Source of the DNA: an uncultured Gammaproteobacteria bacterium
GTDB taxonomy: Bacteria > Patescibacteriota > Patescibacteriia > Patescibacteriales > UBA12465
Assembly (NCBI GenBank): GCA_964517555.1
Contig: CAZFEF010000003.1
Location: forward strand, 1-57,306
Length of the DNA stretch: 57,306 nt
Direction: 5' to 3'
Positions within the stretch are counted from its first letter, which is position 1. Each line of letters opens with the position of its first letter. The translations under genes were made by a program, and so were the position numbers. Below the pieces are notes generated by a model. It saw only the letters and a program-made list of their open reading frames with translations, was not told where the DNA came from and made no database searches. Below, one piece after another: positions 37,405 through 46,288 of this stretch.

Positions 37405-37980
37405 ATGGAAATTAAGGCTAGATTAAACGATTTACGAATTTCTGACCGCAAGGCTCGCTTGGTGGTTGATTTAGTTCGCAATCTAAAAACCGATAAGGCT
37501 TTAGCTCAATTATCTTTTATCAACAAGAAGTCTACCGACCCGATTGCTAAACTGATCAAGTCCGCGATTGCTAACGCTGTCAATAATTATGAACTGGATG
37601 CTGATAATCTATATGTTAAAGCTATTCGGGTTGATCAAGGCAAGACTTTGAAGCGTTGGATGCCTCGCGCTCACGGTCGCGCCACCACTATTCGCAAGCG
37701 TTCCTGTCATATTGATTTGATTTTGGCTGAGATTAAAGATAGCGGCAAGAAAGAAGCTAAAAAAGCTAAGGCTGAAAAGCCGGTAAAGCTAGAAACACTG
37801 GTTAATGCTAAGGCCGCTCCGGCTCCGGAAAAAGTTAAAGTTAGCAAGAAACAAGTTAAAGATAGCGAGGAAGTAGTTAAGGAAGAGGATCCGAGAAATT
37901 CCGGCCGTCGAGGTCATGCCAAGATGGAGGGATCGGGCCGTGGTTTTGCCAGTCGCATGTTTAATCGTAAATCTGGTTAA
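37405..37980 (+). CDS. rplV: Ribosomal protein uL22 with a roughly 80-aa K/A/E-rich C-terminal extension
   Basis: LRISDRKARLVVDLVR...RWMPRAHGRATTIRKRSCHI core, then a long charged tail. Confidence 0.94.
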   Translation: MEIKARLNDLRISDRKARLVVDLVRNLKTDKALAQLSFINKKSTDPIAKLIKSAIANAVNNYELDADNLYVKAIRVDQGKTLKRWMPRAHGRATTIRKRSCHIDLILAEIKDSGKKEAKKAKAEKPVKLETLVNAKAAPAPEKVKVSKKQVKDSEEVVKEEDPRNSGRRGHAKMEGSGRGFASRMFNRKSG

Positions 37981-37993
37981 TTAATTATCATAT

Positions 37994-38659
37994 ATGGGTA
38001 AGAAAATAAATCCAAAAGCAATTCGCATCGGTGTCGTTAAGCCTTGGCCCTCACTTTGGTTTAGCCGGGGCGAGAAATATATTAGCCAGGTAAAGCAAGA
38101 TGTGCAGATGCGCAAGTTCTTATTGAAGAATTATAAGGAAGCTGGTGTTGACCGAGTGGAGATTGCTCGCGGGGCTAATAAGATTAATGTTGATATCCAT
38201 ACTGCTAAGCCGGGAGTTTTGATCGGTCGCGGTGGTAACGGCATTGAAGAACTAAAGAAGAAACTACACCGTCAATTCTTATCTAACCCATCTGGCATTC
38301 GTCCTAGCGATGTTAATATCAACATTAAAGAAGTAACTCAGCCAGGTTTAAGCGCTCAAATAGCGGTTCAGCAAATGATCTTAGATATTGAAAAAAGAAC
38401 TCCTTTCCGCAAGGTAATGAAGCAGACCATTTCTAAAATAGAAAGAGCCGGCGGTTTAGGTGTTAAAGTTTGTATTTCTGGCCGACTAAACGGAGCAGAG
38501 ATTGCTCGTACCGAGAAGTTGACTGTAGGCAAATTGCCGTTGAGTACTATTCGGGCCGATATTGATTACGCTCGGGGTGTGGCTCATACCACTTATGGTG
38601 CTATCGGTGTTAAGGTTTGGGTCTATAAAGGTGAGATTTTTGATAAAAATAAAAAGTAA
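37994..38659 (+). CDS. rpsC: Ribosomal protein uS3
   Basis: [12 protein letters not shown], a KH domain ([16 protein letters not shown]) and [10 protein letters not shown]. Confidence 0.97.
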   Translation: MGKKINPKAIRIGVVKPWPSLWFSRGEKYISQVKQDVQMRKFLLKNYKEAGVDRVEIARGANKINVDIHTAKPGVLIGRGGNGIEELKKKLHRQFLSNPSGIRPSDVNINIKEVTQPGLSAQIAVQQMILDIEKRTPFRKVMKQTISKIERAGGLGVKVCISGRLNGAEIARTEKLTVGKLPLSTIRADIDYARGVAHTTYGAIGVKVWVYKGEIFDKNKK

Positions 38660-38670
38660 AGAATTCAAAT

Positions 38671-39078
38671 ATGTTAATGCCCAAGAAAACCAAATTTAGA
38701 AAAAGTCATAAGGGCCGCAAAGGCGGCAAGGCTAGCTCCAAGCTAAGTGTTAGCTTTGGTTCCTATGGCTTAAAAGCTTTGGGTAGTCACTGGATTACGG
38801 CTAGACAGATTGAAGCCGCTAGAAGGGTAATGACTAAATATACCAAGAAAAGTGGTAAGATTTGGATTCGAATTTTTCCGGACAAACCGGTAACCGATCA
38901 CGGCAATGAATCAACTATGGGTGGCGGTAAAGGTGCTGTTGATTACTATGTAGTCGTTATTCATCCGGGTATGGTTTTGTTTGAAATGGATGGTGTGCCA
39001 GAGGAAATGGCCAAAGAAGCTTTAGAGGCCGCCGCTTATAAATTACCGATTAAGTGTCAATTTGTTAAACGTAGCTAG
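38671..39078 (+). CDS. rplP: Ribosomal protein uL16
   Basis: [16 protein letters not shown] and [14 protein letters not shown] motifs. Confidence 0.97.
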   Translation: MLMPKKTKFRKSHKGRKGGKASSKLSVSFGSYGLKALGSHWITARQIEAARRVMTKYTKKSGKIWIRIFPDKPVTDHGNESTMGGGKGAVDYYVVVIHPGMVLFEMDGVPEEMAKEALEAAAYKLPIKCQFVKRS

Positions 39079-39083
39079 CTTAT

Positions 39084-39284
39084 ATGGAATATAAAGAACT
39101 AAAAACTAAGACTGAAAGCGAATTGAATAAGATGTTGGCCGAAGAGCGTTCTCGGCTAACTGAATTGCGCTTTAAGGATTCTAATCGGCAATTGAAAAAT
39201 GTCCGGGCCTTAAGAGCCGCTAAAAAAATGATCGCCATGATTATTACCGCTTTAAATGATTTAAAAAAGAAAGCTGTTAAATAA
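39084..39284 (+). CDS. rpmC: Ribosomal protein uL29
   Basis: LKTKTESELNKMLAEERSRLTELRFK pattern. Position between rplP and rpsQ. Confidence 0.93.
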   Translation: MEYKELKTKTESELNKMLAEERSRLTELRFKDSNRQLKNVRALRAAKKMIAMIITALNDLKKKAVK

Positions 39285-39292
39285 ATTATTAT

Positions 39293-39553
39293 ATGAAAGA
39301 AGTGCAATCCGCCGCCCCGGCGTTAATCCGAAAGAAGTTTAAAGGCGAAGTCGTTTCCGACAAGAACGACCAGACTATTATTGTTCGGGTAGAGCGGGTA
39401 AAAATTCACCCCAAATATCACAAACGTTATGTGGTCAGCCGCCGTTATAAGGTGCATGATCAAAAGAACGAGTTTAAAGTTGGAGATATCGTCAACTTCG
39501 TTGAGTGTCGGCCCCTAAGTCGAGACAAGCGATGGCGAGTAGTTAAGGCTTAA
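39293..39553 (+). CDS. rpsQ: Ribosomal protein uS17
   Basis: [28 protein letters not shown] and [13 protein letters not shown] motifs. Confidence 0.95.
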   Translation: MKEVQSAAPALIRKKFKGEVVSDKNDQTIIVRVERVKIHPKYHKRYVVSRRYKVHDQKNEFKVGDIVNFVECRPLSRDKRWRVVKA

Positions 39554-39557
39554 ATAT

Positions 39558-39929
39558 ATGATTCAAGTTCAAACTATATTAAAAGTAGCTGATAATTCTG
39601 GAGCTCGCTCCGTCTTGTGTATTAAGGTTTTGGGTGGTTACAAAAGACGTTATGCTCGAGTTGGAGATATTATCGTGGGAGCTGTGAAGTCGGCCACTCC
39701 GCATGCCGCTGTTAAGAAGAGCGATGTAGTCTATGCCGTAGTGGTTCGAACCCATAAAGAGATTCGTCGTCCCGATGGTTCCTATTTGCGCTTTGATGAT
39801 AATGCTTGTGTGATTATTGATAAGGAAAAGAAAGAGCCTAAAGGCAGTCGTATCTTTGGACCAGTAGCTCGCGAATTACGCCAGGCTGGTTACATGAAGA
39901 TTATCTCTTTAGCTCCTGAAGTTTTGTAA
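39558..39929 (+). CDS. rplN: Ribosomal protein uL14
   Basis: [17 protein letters not shown] motif. Confidence 0.97.
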   Translation: MIQVQTILKVADNSGARSVLCIKVLGGYKRRYARVGDIIVGAVKSATPHAAVKKSDVVYAVVVRTHKEIRRPDGSYLRFDDNACVIIDKEKKEPKGSRIFGPVARELRQAGYMKIISLAPEVL

Positions 39930-39949
39930 CTTAGTTTCATATTATTTTT

Positions 39950-40273
39950 ATGAATATCAAGAAAGAAGACAAAGTGAAGATTCTAGCTGGAAAAGATCGG
40001 GGCAAGACCGGTAAGGTTTTGCAAACCCTACCAGCTCAGGAGAAGCTCAGTGTCGAGGGTTTGAATCTTTTAATCAAGCATTTGCGCCCGCAACGTCGAG
40101 GAGAGAAGGGGCAGAGAATCGAATTCCCTCGTTTTATCGATGCTTCTAATGTAGCTTTGGTTTGCCCGAAATGCGGCAAGACTACCAGAATTGGCCATAA
40201 GCTAGTTAAAAGTGACGATGGCAAGGTTAAGAAATTCCGAGTTTGCAAGAAATGCGAACAAACTATCGATTAA
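39950..40273 (+). CDS. rplX: Ribosomal protein uL24 with a four-cysteine C-terminal motif
   Basis: KOW motif KKEDKVKILAGKDRGKTGKV. The C-terminus reads CPKCGKTTRIGHK...VCKKCEQ. Confidence 0.93.
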   Translation: MNIKKEDKVKILAGKDRGKTGKVLQTLPAQEKLSVEGLNLLIKHLRPQRRGEKGQRIEFPRFIDASNVALVCPKCGKTTRIGHKLVKSDDGKVKKFRVCKKCEQTID

Positions 40274-40277
40274 ACAT

Positions 40278-40817
40278 ATGCGCTTAAAAGAAAAATATCA
40301 AAAAGAAATAGTTAAGGCCTTGAAAGATAAATTTGGCTACAAAAACGCGATGTTAGTTCCGCGGCTTTTGAAAGTGGTGATTAATGTCGGTTTTGGTAAG
40401 CAGGCTAAGGAAAAGGAAGTTGTTGATAGCGTAGAAAAGACCTTGTTGAAGATTTCCGGACAGAAACCGGTTTTTACCAAAGCCAAGAAATCAGTTTCCG
40501 CTTTTAAGGTTAGAGAAGGAATGGTTATTGGAGCGATGGTCACTTTGAGATCTGATCGAATGTATGATTTTATTGAAAAATTAGTTAATGTTTCTTTCCC
40601 GCGTGTGCGTGACTTCCGTGGTATTTCCGATAAAGCAGTTGATCGTCAGGGGAATTTAACCGTTGGCTTTAAAGAAAATCTACCTTTCCCGGAAATTCAC
40701 ATGGAAGAAGTCACTGCCATTCACGGTTTGGAAATTATTATTAATACCAATGCTCGTAACCGGGAAGCCGGCTTAGAGCTTTTCCGCCTTTTAGGCTTTC
40801 CTTTTAAGCAAAATTAA
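40278..40817 (+). CDS. rplE: Ribosomal protein uL5
   Basis: [12 protein letters not shown]...[16 protein letters not shown] and FPRVRDFRG motifs. The track start at 40212 would overlap rplX, so ATG 40278 is preferred. Confidence 0.95.
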   Translation: MRLKEKYQKEIVKALKDKFGYKNAMLVPRLLKVVINVGFGKQAKEKEVVDSVEKTLLKISGQKPVFTKAKKSVSAFKVREGMVIGAMVTLRSDRMYDFIEKLVNVSFPRVRDFRGISDKAVDRQGNLTVGFKENLPFPEIHMEEVTAIHGLEIIINTNARNREAGLELFRLLGFPFKQN

Positions 40818-40831
40818 TTTTATTAATTTAT

Positions 40832-41017
40832 ATGGCTAGAACCGCCTTAATCGTAAAATCTAAGTTAAAACCGAAATTTTCTACCCGGAAGATAAATCGT
40901 TGCTGGCGCTGTGGTCGTTTGCATGGTTATATGCGCGACTTCAAGTTGTGCCGGATTTGTTTTCGGGAATTGGCTGACAACGGTGATTTACCGGGTATTA
41001 AGAAGGCTAGCTGGTAA
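40832..41017 (+). CDS. rpsN: Ribosomal protein uS14, short zinc-binding (type Z) form
   Basis: 61 aa with CWRCGR...CRIC. Confidence 0.95.
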   Translation: MARTALIVKSKLKPKFSTRKINRCWRCGRLHGYMRDFKLCRICFRELADNGDLPGIKKASW

Positions 41018-41042
41018 TTATATTTTTAATTAATGTAAAATT

Positions 41043-41459
41043 ATGACGGATCCAATCGCAGACATGTTAACTCGCATCAGAAACGCGGCTTTGGTGAAAA
41101 AAGCGGAGGTCTGTTTGCCGTTTTCCAAAATAAAATTAGAAATCGCCAAAATTCTAGAGCGCGAAGGTTGGATTGCTAGAGCAGAATTGGTGAAGGGGTC
41201 GGCCGGTGACAAAAACCGTTCCGCCGCTTTTGATGAAATCAAATTGACTTTGAAATATGACAGTGAAGGTTTTTCCAAAATTACCAATTTGAAGAGGGTC
41301 AGCAAACCGGGCCTAAGAATCTATGTCGCGGCCACTGATTTGCCGCGGGTTCTAAATGGTTTGGGTATCGCTATTATTTCCACTTCCAAAGGTTTAATGA
41401 CCAACAAGCAAGCTCGCCACGAGAAGATCGGCGGCGAAATCTTGTGTGAAATTTATTAA
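41043..41459 (+). CDS. rpsH: Ribosomal protein uS8
   Basis: MTDPIADMLTRIRNA motif. Confidence 0.97.
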   Translation: MTDPIADMLTRIRNAALVKKAEVCLPFSKIKLEIAKILEREGWIARAELVKGSAGDKNRSAAFDEIKLTLKYDSEGFSKITNLKRVSKPGLRIYVAATDLPRVLNGLGIAIISTSKGLMTNKQARHEKIGGEILCEIY

Positions 41460-41476
41460 TTTTAATCCCATCAGCT

Positions 41477-42019
41477 ATGTCTCGCTTAGGAAAACTACCA
41501 ATTAAATTAGACTCCGGTGTCAATCTGACTCTTTCCGGCTCCTTGGTGAAGGTCAAAGGGCCCAAGGGCGAGCTCAGCTTTGATTTGCCTCGACACGTTA
41601 ATTTAGAAATTAACGGACAAGAAGCTATTGTTAAAGTTGATGATCCTGAGGATTTGAAGCAGAGAGCTCTTTGGGGTTTATGCCGCAATCTGGTCAATAA
41701 TATGGTTATTGGTGTTACTGTCGGTTTTGAAAAGAAAATGGAGATCAAGGGCGTTGGTTATCGCACTCAAGTTAGCGGCCAAAAATTAACTTTAAATTTA
41801 GGTTTTTCCCATCCGATAGAATTTTCTTTGCCCGCCGGCATCAGCGCTGTGTCTGATGGTAACTTTTTGACCATTGTTGGTATTGATAAGCAATTGGTAG
41901 GTGAGGTCGCCGCTCAAATTCGTCGTTTGCGTCTACCTGAACCTTATAAAGGTAAAGGTATCAGATATATTGATGAAGTTATTCGCCGCAAAGCTGGTAA
42001 GACCGCGGCCAGTAAATAA
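41477..42019 (+). CDS. rplF: Ribosomal protein uL6
   Basis: MSRLGKLPI...VKGPKGEL and PEPYKGKGIRY motifs. Confidence 0.97.
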   Translation: MSRLGKLPIKLDSGVNLTLSGSLVKVKGPKGELSFDLPRHVNLEINGQEAIVKVDDPEDLKQRALWGLCRNLVNNMVIGVTVGFEKKMEIKGVGYRTQVSGQKLTLNLGFSHPIEFSLPAGISAVSDGNFLTIVGIDKQLVGEVAAQIRRLRLPEPYKGKGIRYIDEVIRRKAGKTAASK

Positions 42020-42031
42020 GTATAAATTTAT

Positions 42032-42388
42032 ATGAATAAGCAAATTGCTAAAAATTCCAAATTAGAGAGACGTCACGCTCGAGTTCGAGCTAAGATTCAG
42101 GGTACTGCCGCTAGACCGCGACTAAGTGTTTTTCGTTCCAACTCCGGGATGTTTCTACAGTTGATTGATGACTTGAGCGGTAAAACTATAGTTTCGGCCG
42201 ATAGCCACGAATTAAAGGATAGCAAGAAGTCTAAGGTGGAATTGGCTAAATCATTAGGCGAGCTATTAGCCAAGAAAGCTCAGGACAAGAAAGTCGGCGT
42301 GGTGGTTTTTGATCGCGGCGGCTATCGTTATCACGGCCGAGTTAAGGCCGTAGCCGAAGGTGCTCGTCAAGGCGGTTTGCAATTTTAA
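42032..42388 (+). CDS. rplR: Ribosomal protein uL18
   Basis: RPRLSVFRSN and VVFDRGGYRYHGRVKA motifs. Confidence 0.96.
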   Translation: MNKQIAKNSKLERRHARVRAKIQGTAARPRLSVFRSNSGMFLQLIDDLSGKTIVSADSHELKDSKKSKVELAKSLGELLAKKAQDKKVGVVVFDRGGYRYHGRVKAVAEGARQGGLQF

Positions 42389-42404
42389 TATTAGCCATTA
42401 TTTT

Positions 42405-43007
42405 ATGTCTGAAGAATTGAATACCAAACAAGAAACTACTGAAGCTAAAGTGGAACAAGCCGTAGCCACCACTATTTATGGTACTAAGCCGGCCGGTGAA
42501 CGCCGAAATTTTCGCGGCCGGGATCGCCGACCTCAACGACAACAGGATGAATTTGATCAAAGAATGTTGGATGTCGCGAGGGTAACCCGCGTGATGCAAG
42601 GTGGCAAGAGAATGAGCTTTAGGGCTTGTGTGGCTTTGGGTGATAAAAATGGCAAGATTGGTATTGGTTTAGGCAAGGGAGCTGATGTTACCTTGGCGGT
42701 TAACAAAGCAGTTAACAAAGCCAAGAAAAACATGATTCATGTTAATTTAGTAAATGATACTATTCCGCACGAGGTCCGTAAAATCATGGGTGCTTCTCGA
42801 ATCTTATTCAAACCAGCCAAACAGGGAAGCGGTGTTAAGGCCGGAGGAGTGGTTAGAGTAATTTTAGAATTAGCTGGCGTCAAAAATGTTACCAGCAAGA
42901 TTTTGGGCGGAGGCAACAAGATTAATAACGCTCGTTGCACCATTGCCGCCTTAAAAAGCTTAAAGAAGATGGAACCCCGAGTTCGGCCAGTAACTGAGAA
43001 AAAATAA
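42405..43007 (+). CDS. rpsE: Ribosomal protein uS5 with an N-terminal extension
   Basis: VTRVMQGGKRMSFRACVALGDKNGKIGIGLGKG motif. The track start at 42360 overlaps rplR, so ATG 42405 is preferred. Confidence 0.95.
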   Translation: MSEELNTKQETTEAKVEQAVATTIYGTKPAGERRNFRGRDRRPQRQQDEFDQRMLDVARVTRVMQGGKRMSFRACVALGDKNGKIGIGLGKGADVTLAVNKAVNKAKKNMIHVNLVNDTIPHEVRKIMGASRILFKPAKQGSGVKAGGVVRVILELAGVKNVTSKILGGGNKINNARCTIAALKSLKKMEPRVRPVTEKK

Positions 43008-43032
43008 AAATTGATCAATTAACTTTATTCAT

Positions 43033-43449
43033 ATGTCTTTAGGGCTAAACGTCATCAAAAAATCCAGTGGTGGATTAAAACGGAAAAAAAGAGTTGGCCG
43101 CGGTAACGCCTCTGGTCACGGTACTTATAGTACCCGTGGTTTGAAGGGTCAAAAATCGCGCAGTGGTGCTTCCGGACTGAAACGTTTGGGAATGAAGAAG
43201 CAATTGCTCCAAATTCCTAAGGCCCGCGGATTTAAGTCTATTCATCCTAAGAATCAGGTAGTTTCCGTAGCTCGTATCAACGCTGTCTACAAACCTAATG
43301 AAATTGTTTCTCCAGCTACCTTAAAAGAGAAGGGATTGATTAGAAATGAATCGAAACCGGTTAAAATTTTAGGCAAAGACAAATTAAGTGTTAACGGTTT
43401 GAAATTTCAGAGCGTCAAGATGAGCGAGGGCTTGAAAAAACAACTCTAA
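43033..43449 (+). CDS. rplO: Ribosomal protein uL15
   Basis: KRVGRGNASGHGTYSTRGLKGQKSRSG motif. Follows rpsE directly with no rpmD between. Confidence 0.96.
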   Translation: MSLGLNVIKKSSGGLKRKKRVGRGNASGHGTYSTRGLKGQKSRSGASGLKRLGMKKQLLQIPKARGFKSIHPKNQVVSVARINAVYKPNEIVSPATLKEKGLIRNESKPVKILGKDKLSVNGLKFQSVKMSEGLKKQL

Positions 43450-43458
43450 TTAAATCAT

Positions 43459-44727
43459 ATGGAAAAATTAAGACAGTTATGGAAGGCCCGTGATGTCCGC
43501 AATAAAATTCTTTTCGTGTTGCTCATGTTGGTCATCTTCCGTCTAATTGCCCATATTCCAGTGCCTGGAGTCGATACGATGGCTTTGCGGCAACTTTTTA
43601 GCTCCAACGAATTGTTGGGCATGTTAGATTTGTTCTCCGGCGGCGGCATGAAGAATTTCTCCGTAGTCATGATGGGCGTTGGCCCCTATATCACTTCTTC
43701 CATCATTTTTCAATTATTAGGAATGATCGTTCCAAAGCTTGAGGAAATGCAAAAAGAAGAATCTGGCCGACAGAAAATTACCATGTGGACTAGATGGTTG
43801 ACTGTGCCGTTAGCCCTATTGCAGTCTTACGCCATGATTAACGTTTTAGGTCGTTCAGCTCGTGGAGTGTTAAGCAATATATCTACTTTCGATATGATGG
43901 TGATGATGGTGGCGATTACCGCCGGCACTGTCTTCTTAATGTGGTTAGGCGAATTGATTTCCGAAAAGAAGATCGGCAATGGTATTTCTTTATTAATCTT
44001 CGCTGGCATCGTCGCGGCTTTGCCTCAGGCCGTCGGCCAATTCTTTGTGGCTTTCGACAAATCGCAGATTTTCTTATTGGTTGGTTTCTTGGCAATTGCC
44101 ATTATTACTGTTGTCGGTGTAGTCATTATCAATGAGGGTCAACGCAATATTCCGATTCAATATGCTCGACAAATTCGCGGTTCCCGTGCTTTCGGAGGCA
44201 CCAACACTCATTTGCCTTTACGGGTTAATATGGCCGGTGTAATTCCGATCATTTTCGCTATCTCTATTATTATGTTCCCGCCGATGCTAGCCCAATTTTT
44301 CTTGCATGCCAAGACGGCTTGGTTAGTGACTGGAGCGGAAAAGATTATTGCTATTTTCCAAAATCAATTATTCTACGGCATTATTTATTTCTTGTTAGTT
44401 TTTGCTTTTACTTATTTCTACACCGAAGTTATTTTTCACCCCAAACAAATTGCTGAAAACTTACAGAAAAACGGTGGTTTTATTCCTGGTATCCGTCCTG
44501 GACAACAGACTGAAGAATATTTAGGTAGCACCACTCACAAGATTATTTTAGTCGGCGCTTTATTCTTGGGCATCATCGCTATTTTGCCTTTGATCATGCG
44601 CTATTTTACCGGCATTCAGTCTCTAGCTATTGGCGGCACCAGCTTGTTGATCGTGGTTTCGGTGGTAATTGATATGGTCAAGCAGATTAAATCCCAATTG
44701 ACGATGCGGGAGTATGATGGGTTATAA
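43459..44727 (+). CDS. secY: Preprotein translocase subunit SecY
   Basis: 10-TM profile, GVGPYITSSIIFQLL and NLQKNGGFIPGIRPG motifs. Confidence 0.97.
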   Translation: MEKLRQLWKARDVRNKILFVLLMLVIFRLIAHIPVPGVDTMALRQLFSSNELLGMLDLFSGGGMKNFSVVMMGVGPYITSSIIFQLLGMIVPKLEEMQKEESGRQKITMWTRWLTVPLALLQSYAMINVLGRSARGVLSNISTFDMMVMMVAITAGTVFLMWLGELISEKKIGNGISLLIFAGIVAALPQAVGQFFVAFDKSQIFLLVGFLAIAIITVVGVVIINEGQRNIPIQYARQIRGSRAFGGTNTHLPLRVNMAGVIPIIFAISIIMFPPMLAQFFLHAKTAWLVTGAEKIIAIFQNQLFYGIIYFLLVFAFTYFYTEVIFHPKQIAENLQKNGGFIPGIRPGQQTEEYLGSTTHKIILVGALFLGIIAILPLIMRYFTGIQSLAIGGTSLLIVVSVVIDMVKQIKSQLTMREYDGL

Positions 44728-44747
44728 TTTCATTATTTTGGATATTC

Positions 44748-44781
44748 AAAAAGGTCTTAACTGCGGTTAAGACCTTTTTTT
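44748..44781. terminator. Strong bidirectional intrinsic terminator after secY
   Basis: A-run, 10-bp stem AGGTCTTAAC/GTTAAGACCT with a tgcg loop, then a T7 run. Confidence 0.8.
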
Positions 44782-45095
44782 GTCCGTTTATTCTTTATTT
44801 TGTCGGATAGAGCGGTCATCGCTAACCCTAGATAGAGAAGGGCGAAGATGCCGCCGAAGAACCAGGCAAAATATTGCGGAAATGTTTGCTTGGAAGCAAG
44901 GGCGATAATGACAAACACTCCCAAGACGATGATTATTCCCAGGCAGTCCTTGAGAATGATATGGAGTGGTTCCCAAACCAAGTCAATGACCACGTGTTTT
45001 ACCATCTGGATTCTTTTCATTTTCGGTTTTTTAAAAGGTCTAAACTCTATTCTACTATTTATTCGCTTTTCCGTCAAATCATTGAAAAAGGGCAA
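44757..45095 (-). CDS. Hypothetical small membrane protein
   Basis: 112 aa with two hydrophobic helices. Occupies the position where adk normally follows secY. Its 3' end overlaps the terminator hairpin. Confidence 0.45.
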   Translation of the reverse strand: MPFFNDLTEKRINSRIEFRPFKKPKMKRIQMVKHVVIDLVWEPLHIILKDCLGIIIVLGVFVIIALASKQTFPQYFAWFFGGIFALLYLGLAMTALSDKIKNKRTKKGLNRS

Positions 45096-45110
45096 AAACG
45101 GTGTTAAAAT
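45082..45110 (+). promoter_or_regulatory. Promoter with extended -10 directly upstream of map
   Basis: TTGAAA, 17-nt spacer, TGT-TAAAAT (45105-45110). ATG 45119 lies 8 nt downstream. Confidence 0.55.
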
Positions 45111-45118
45111 GGATGTAT

Positions 45119-45898
45119 ATGGTTAGATTGAAGAATGAGGCAGAAATTGAATTAATGAGGCAAGGGGGGCATAAATTGGCCCTAATTTTAAGGCAACTGG
45201 TGAAGATGGTTAAGCCAGGATTGAGTACGGCACTTTTAGAGCAAAAAGCTATAGAGCTCATTGCCGCCTCTGGCGGTGAACCAGCCTTTAAGGACTATCA
45301 TATGGGGGGAGATTTATATTTTCCCACCGCTTTATGCGTTTCCATAAATGATGAAGTAGTTCACGGCCCCGCCCTACCAGAAAGAATATTACGCTCTGGC
45401 GATATTGTGGATTTGGATATCGGCATGAAATGGCCCAAGGTTAATGGGCTCTATACTGACACCTGCTATACAGTGGCGGTGGGCAAGGTTGATAAGGCGA
45501 CGCGCAAACTACTCAAAGTCTCCGAACAGTCTCTTTATCGCGGGATTAAAATGGCTCAACCCGGAAAAACTTTAAACGATATTGGCCAAGCGATTGAGGA
45601 ATATTGTTTCAACCAAGGGTATAGCGTAGTTAAAGATTTCGTCGGTCATGGCGTTGGTCATGAAGTTCATGAAGCTCCTGACGTTTTCAATTATGAAATT
45701 GATCCTCGGTCTCCGGAAAATTTAGTTTTAGTTCCGGGTATGGTTTTGGCAATTGAACCGATGGTTAATGCCGGTACTTGGCGTGTGAAGATTGCTCCTA
45801 ATGGTTATACAGCTTTAACCGCGGATGGATCTCTGAGCGCTCATTTTGAACATACTGTAGCTGTTACTGCCAAGGGGCCGATAATATTAACGCAATAA
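45119..45898 (+). CDS. map: Methionine aminopeptidase type I
   Basis: Metal ligand contexts DLDIG, GHGVGHEVHE and LAIEPM. The track start GTG 45101 lies inside the -10 box. ATG 45119 (MVRLKNEAEIELMRQGG) fits both the promoter spacing and the usual MAP N-terminus. Confidence 0.93.
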   Translation: MVRLKNEAEIELMRQGGHKLALILRQLVKMVKPGLSTALLEQKAIELIAASGGEPAFKDYHMGGDLYFPTALCVSINDEVVHGPALPERILRSGDIVDLDIGMKWPKVNGLYTDTCYTVAVGKVDKATRKLLKVSEQSLYRGIKMAQPGKTLNDIGQAIEEYCFNQGYSVVKDFVGHGVGHEVHEAPDVFNYEIDPRSPENLVLVPGMVLAIEPMVNAGTWRVKIAPNGYTALTADGSLSAHFEHTVAVTAKGPIILTQ

Positions 45899-45901
45899 TC
45901 T

Positions 45902-46288
45902 ATGGAGAATATCAAATACTTGGGAATTGATTGGGGAGAGAAAAGAATTGGCCTGGCCCTAGGAGATAGTGAAACCGGCTTGGCCTTGCCGTTTAGGGTG
46001 GTTAATTCTTGGAGCGATGTTTTAGAAGTGGTAAGCAATGAGAAGATCGATCAGATAGTTCTAGGCGAGCCCAAGAAATTATCCGGTGATCCGGCTAATC
46101 AAGATTTTTTGGCTTTTAAGCTCAAGCTAGAAAATGAAGCCGGAGTAGCGGTGAACCTAGTGGATGAACGTCTTTCTAGTTTGGCCGCCGATGCCTTGGT
46201 TGGCGAAAAAGAAGACAAGGCCGAAAGAGATGCGGTAGCGGCGATGTTGATTTTGCAGAATTATTTGGACGGGCTAATTTTAAAATAA
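45902..46288 (+). CDS. ruvX: Holliday-junction-resolvase-like nuclease YqgF/RuvX
   Basis: LGIDWGEKRIGLALGD N-terminal RNase H-fold motif and DERLSS. Confidence 0.88.
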   Translation: MENIKYLGIDWGEKRIGLALGDSETGLALPFRVVNSWSDVLEVVSNEKIDQIVLGEPKKLSGDPANQDFLAFKLKLENEAGVAVNLVDERLSSLAADALVGEKEDKAERDAVAAMLILQNYLDGLILK

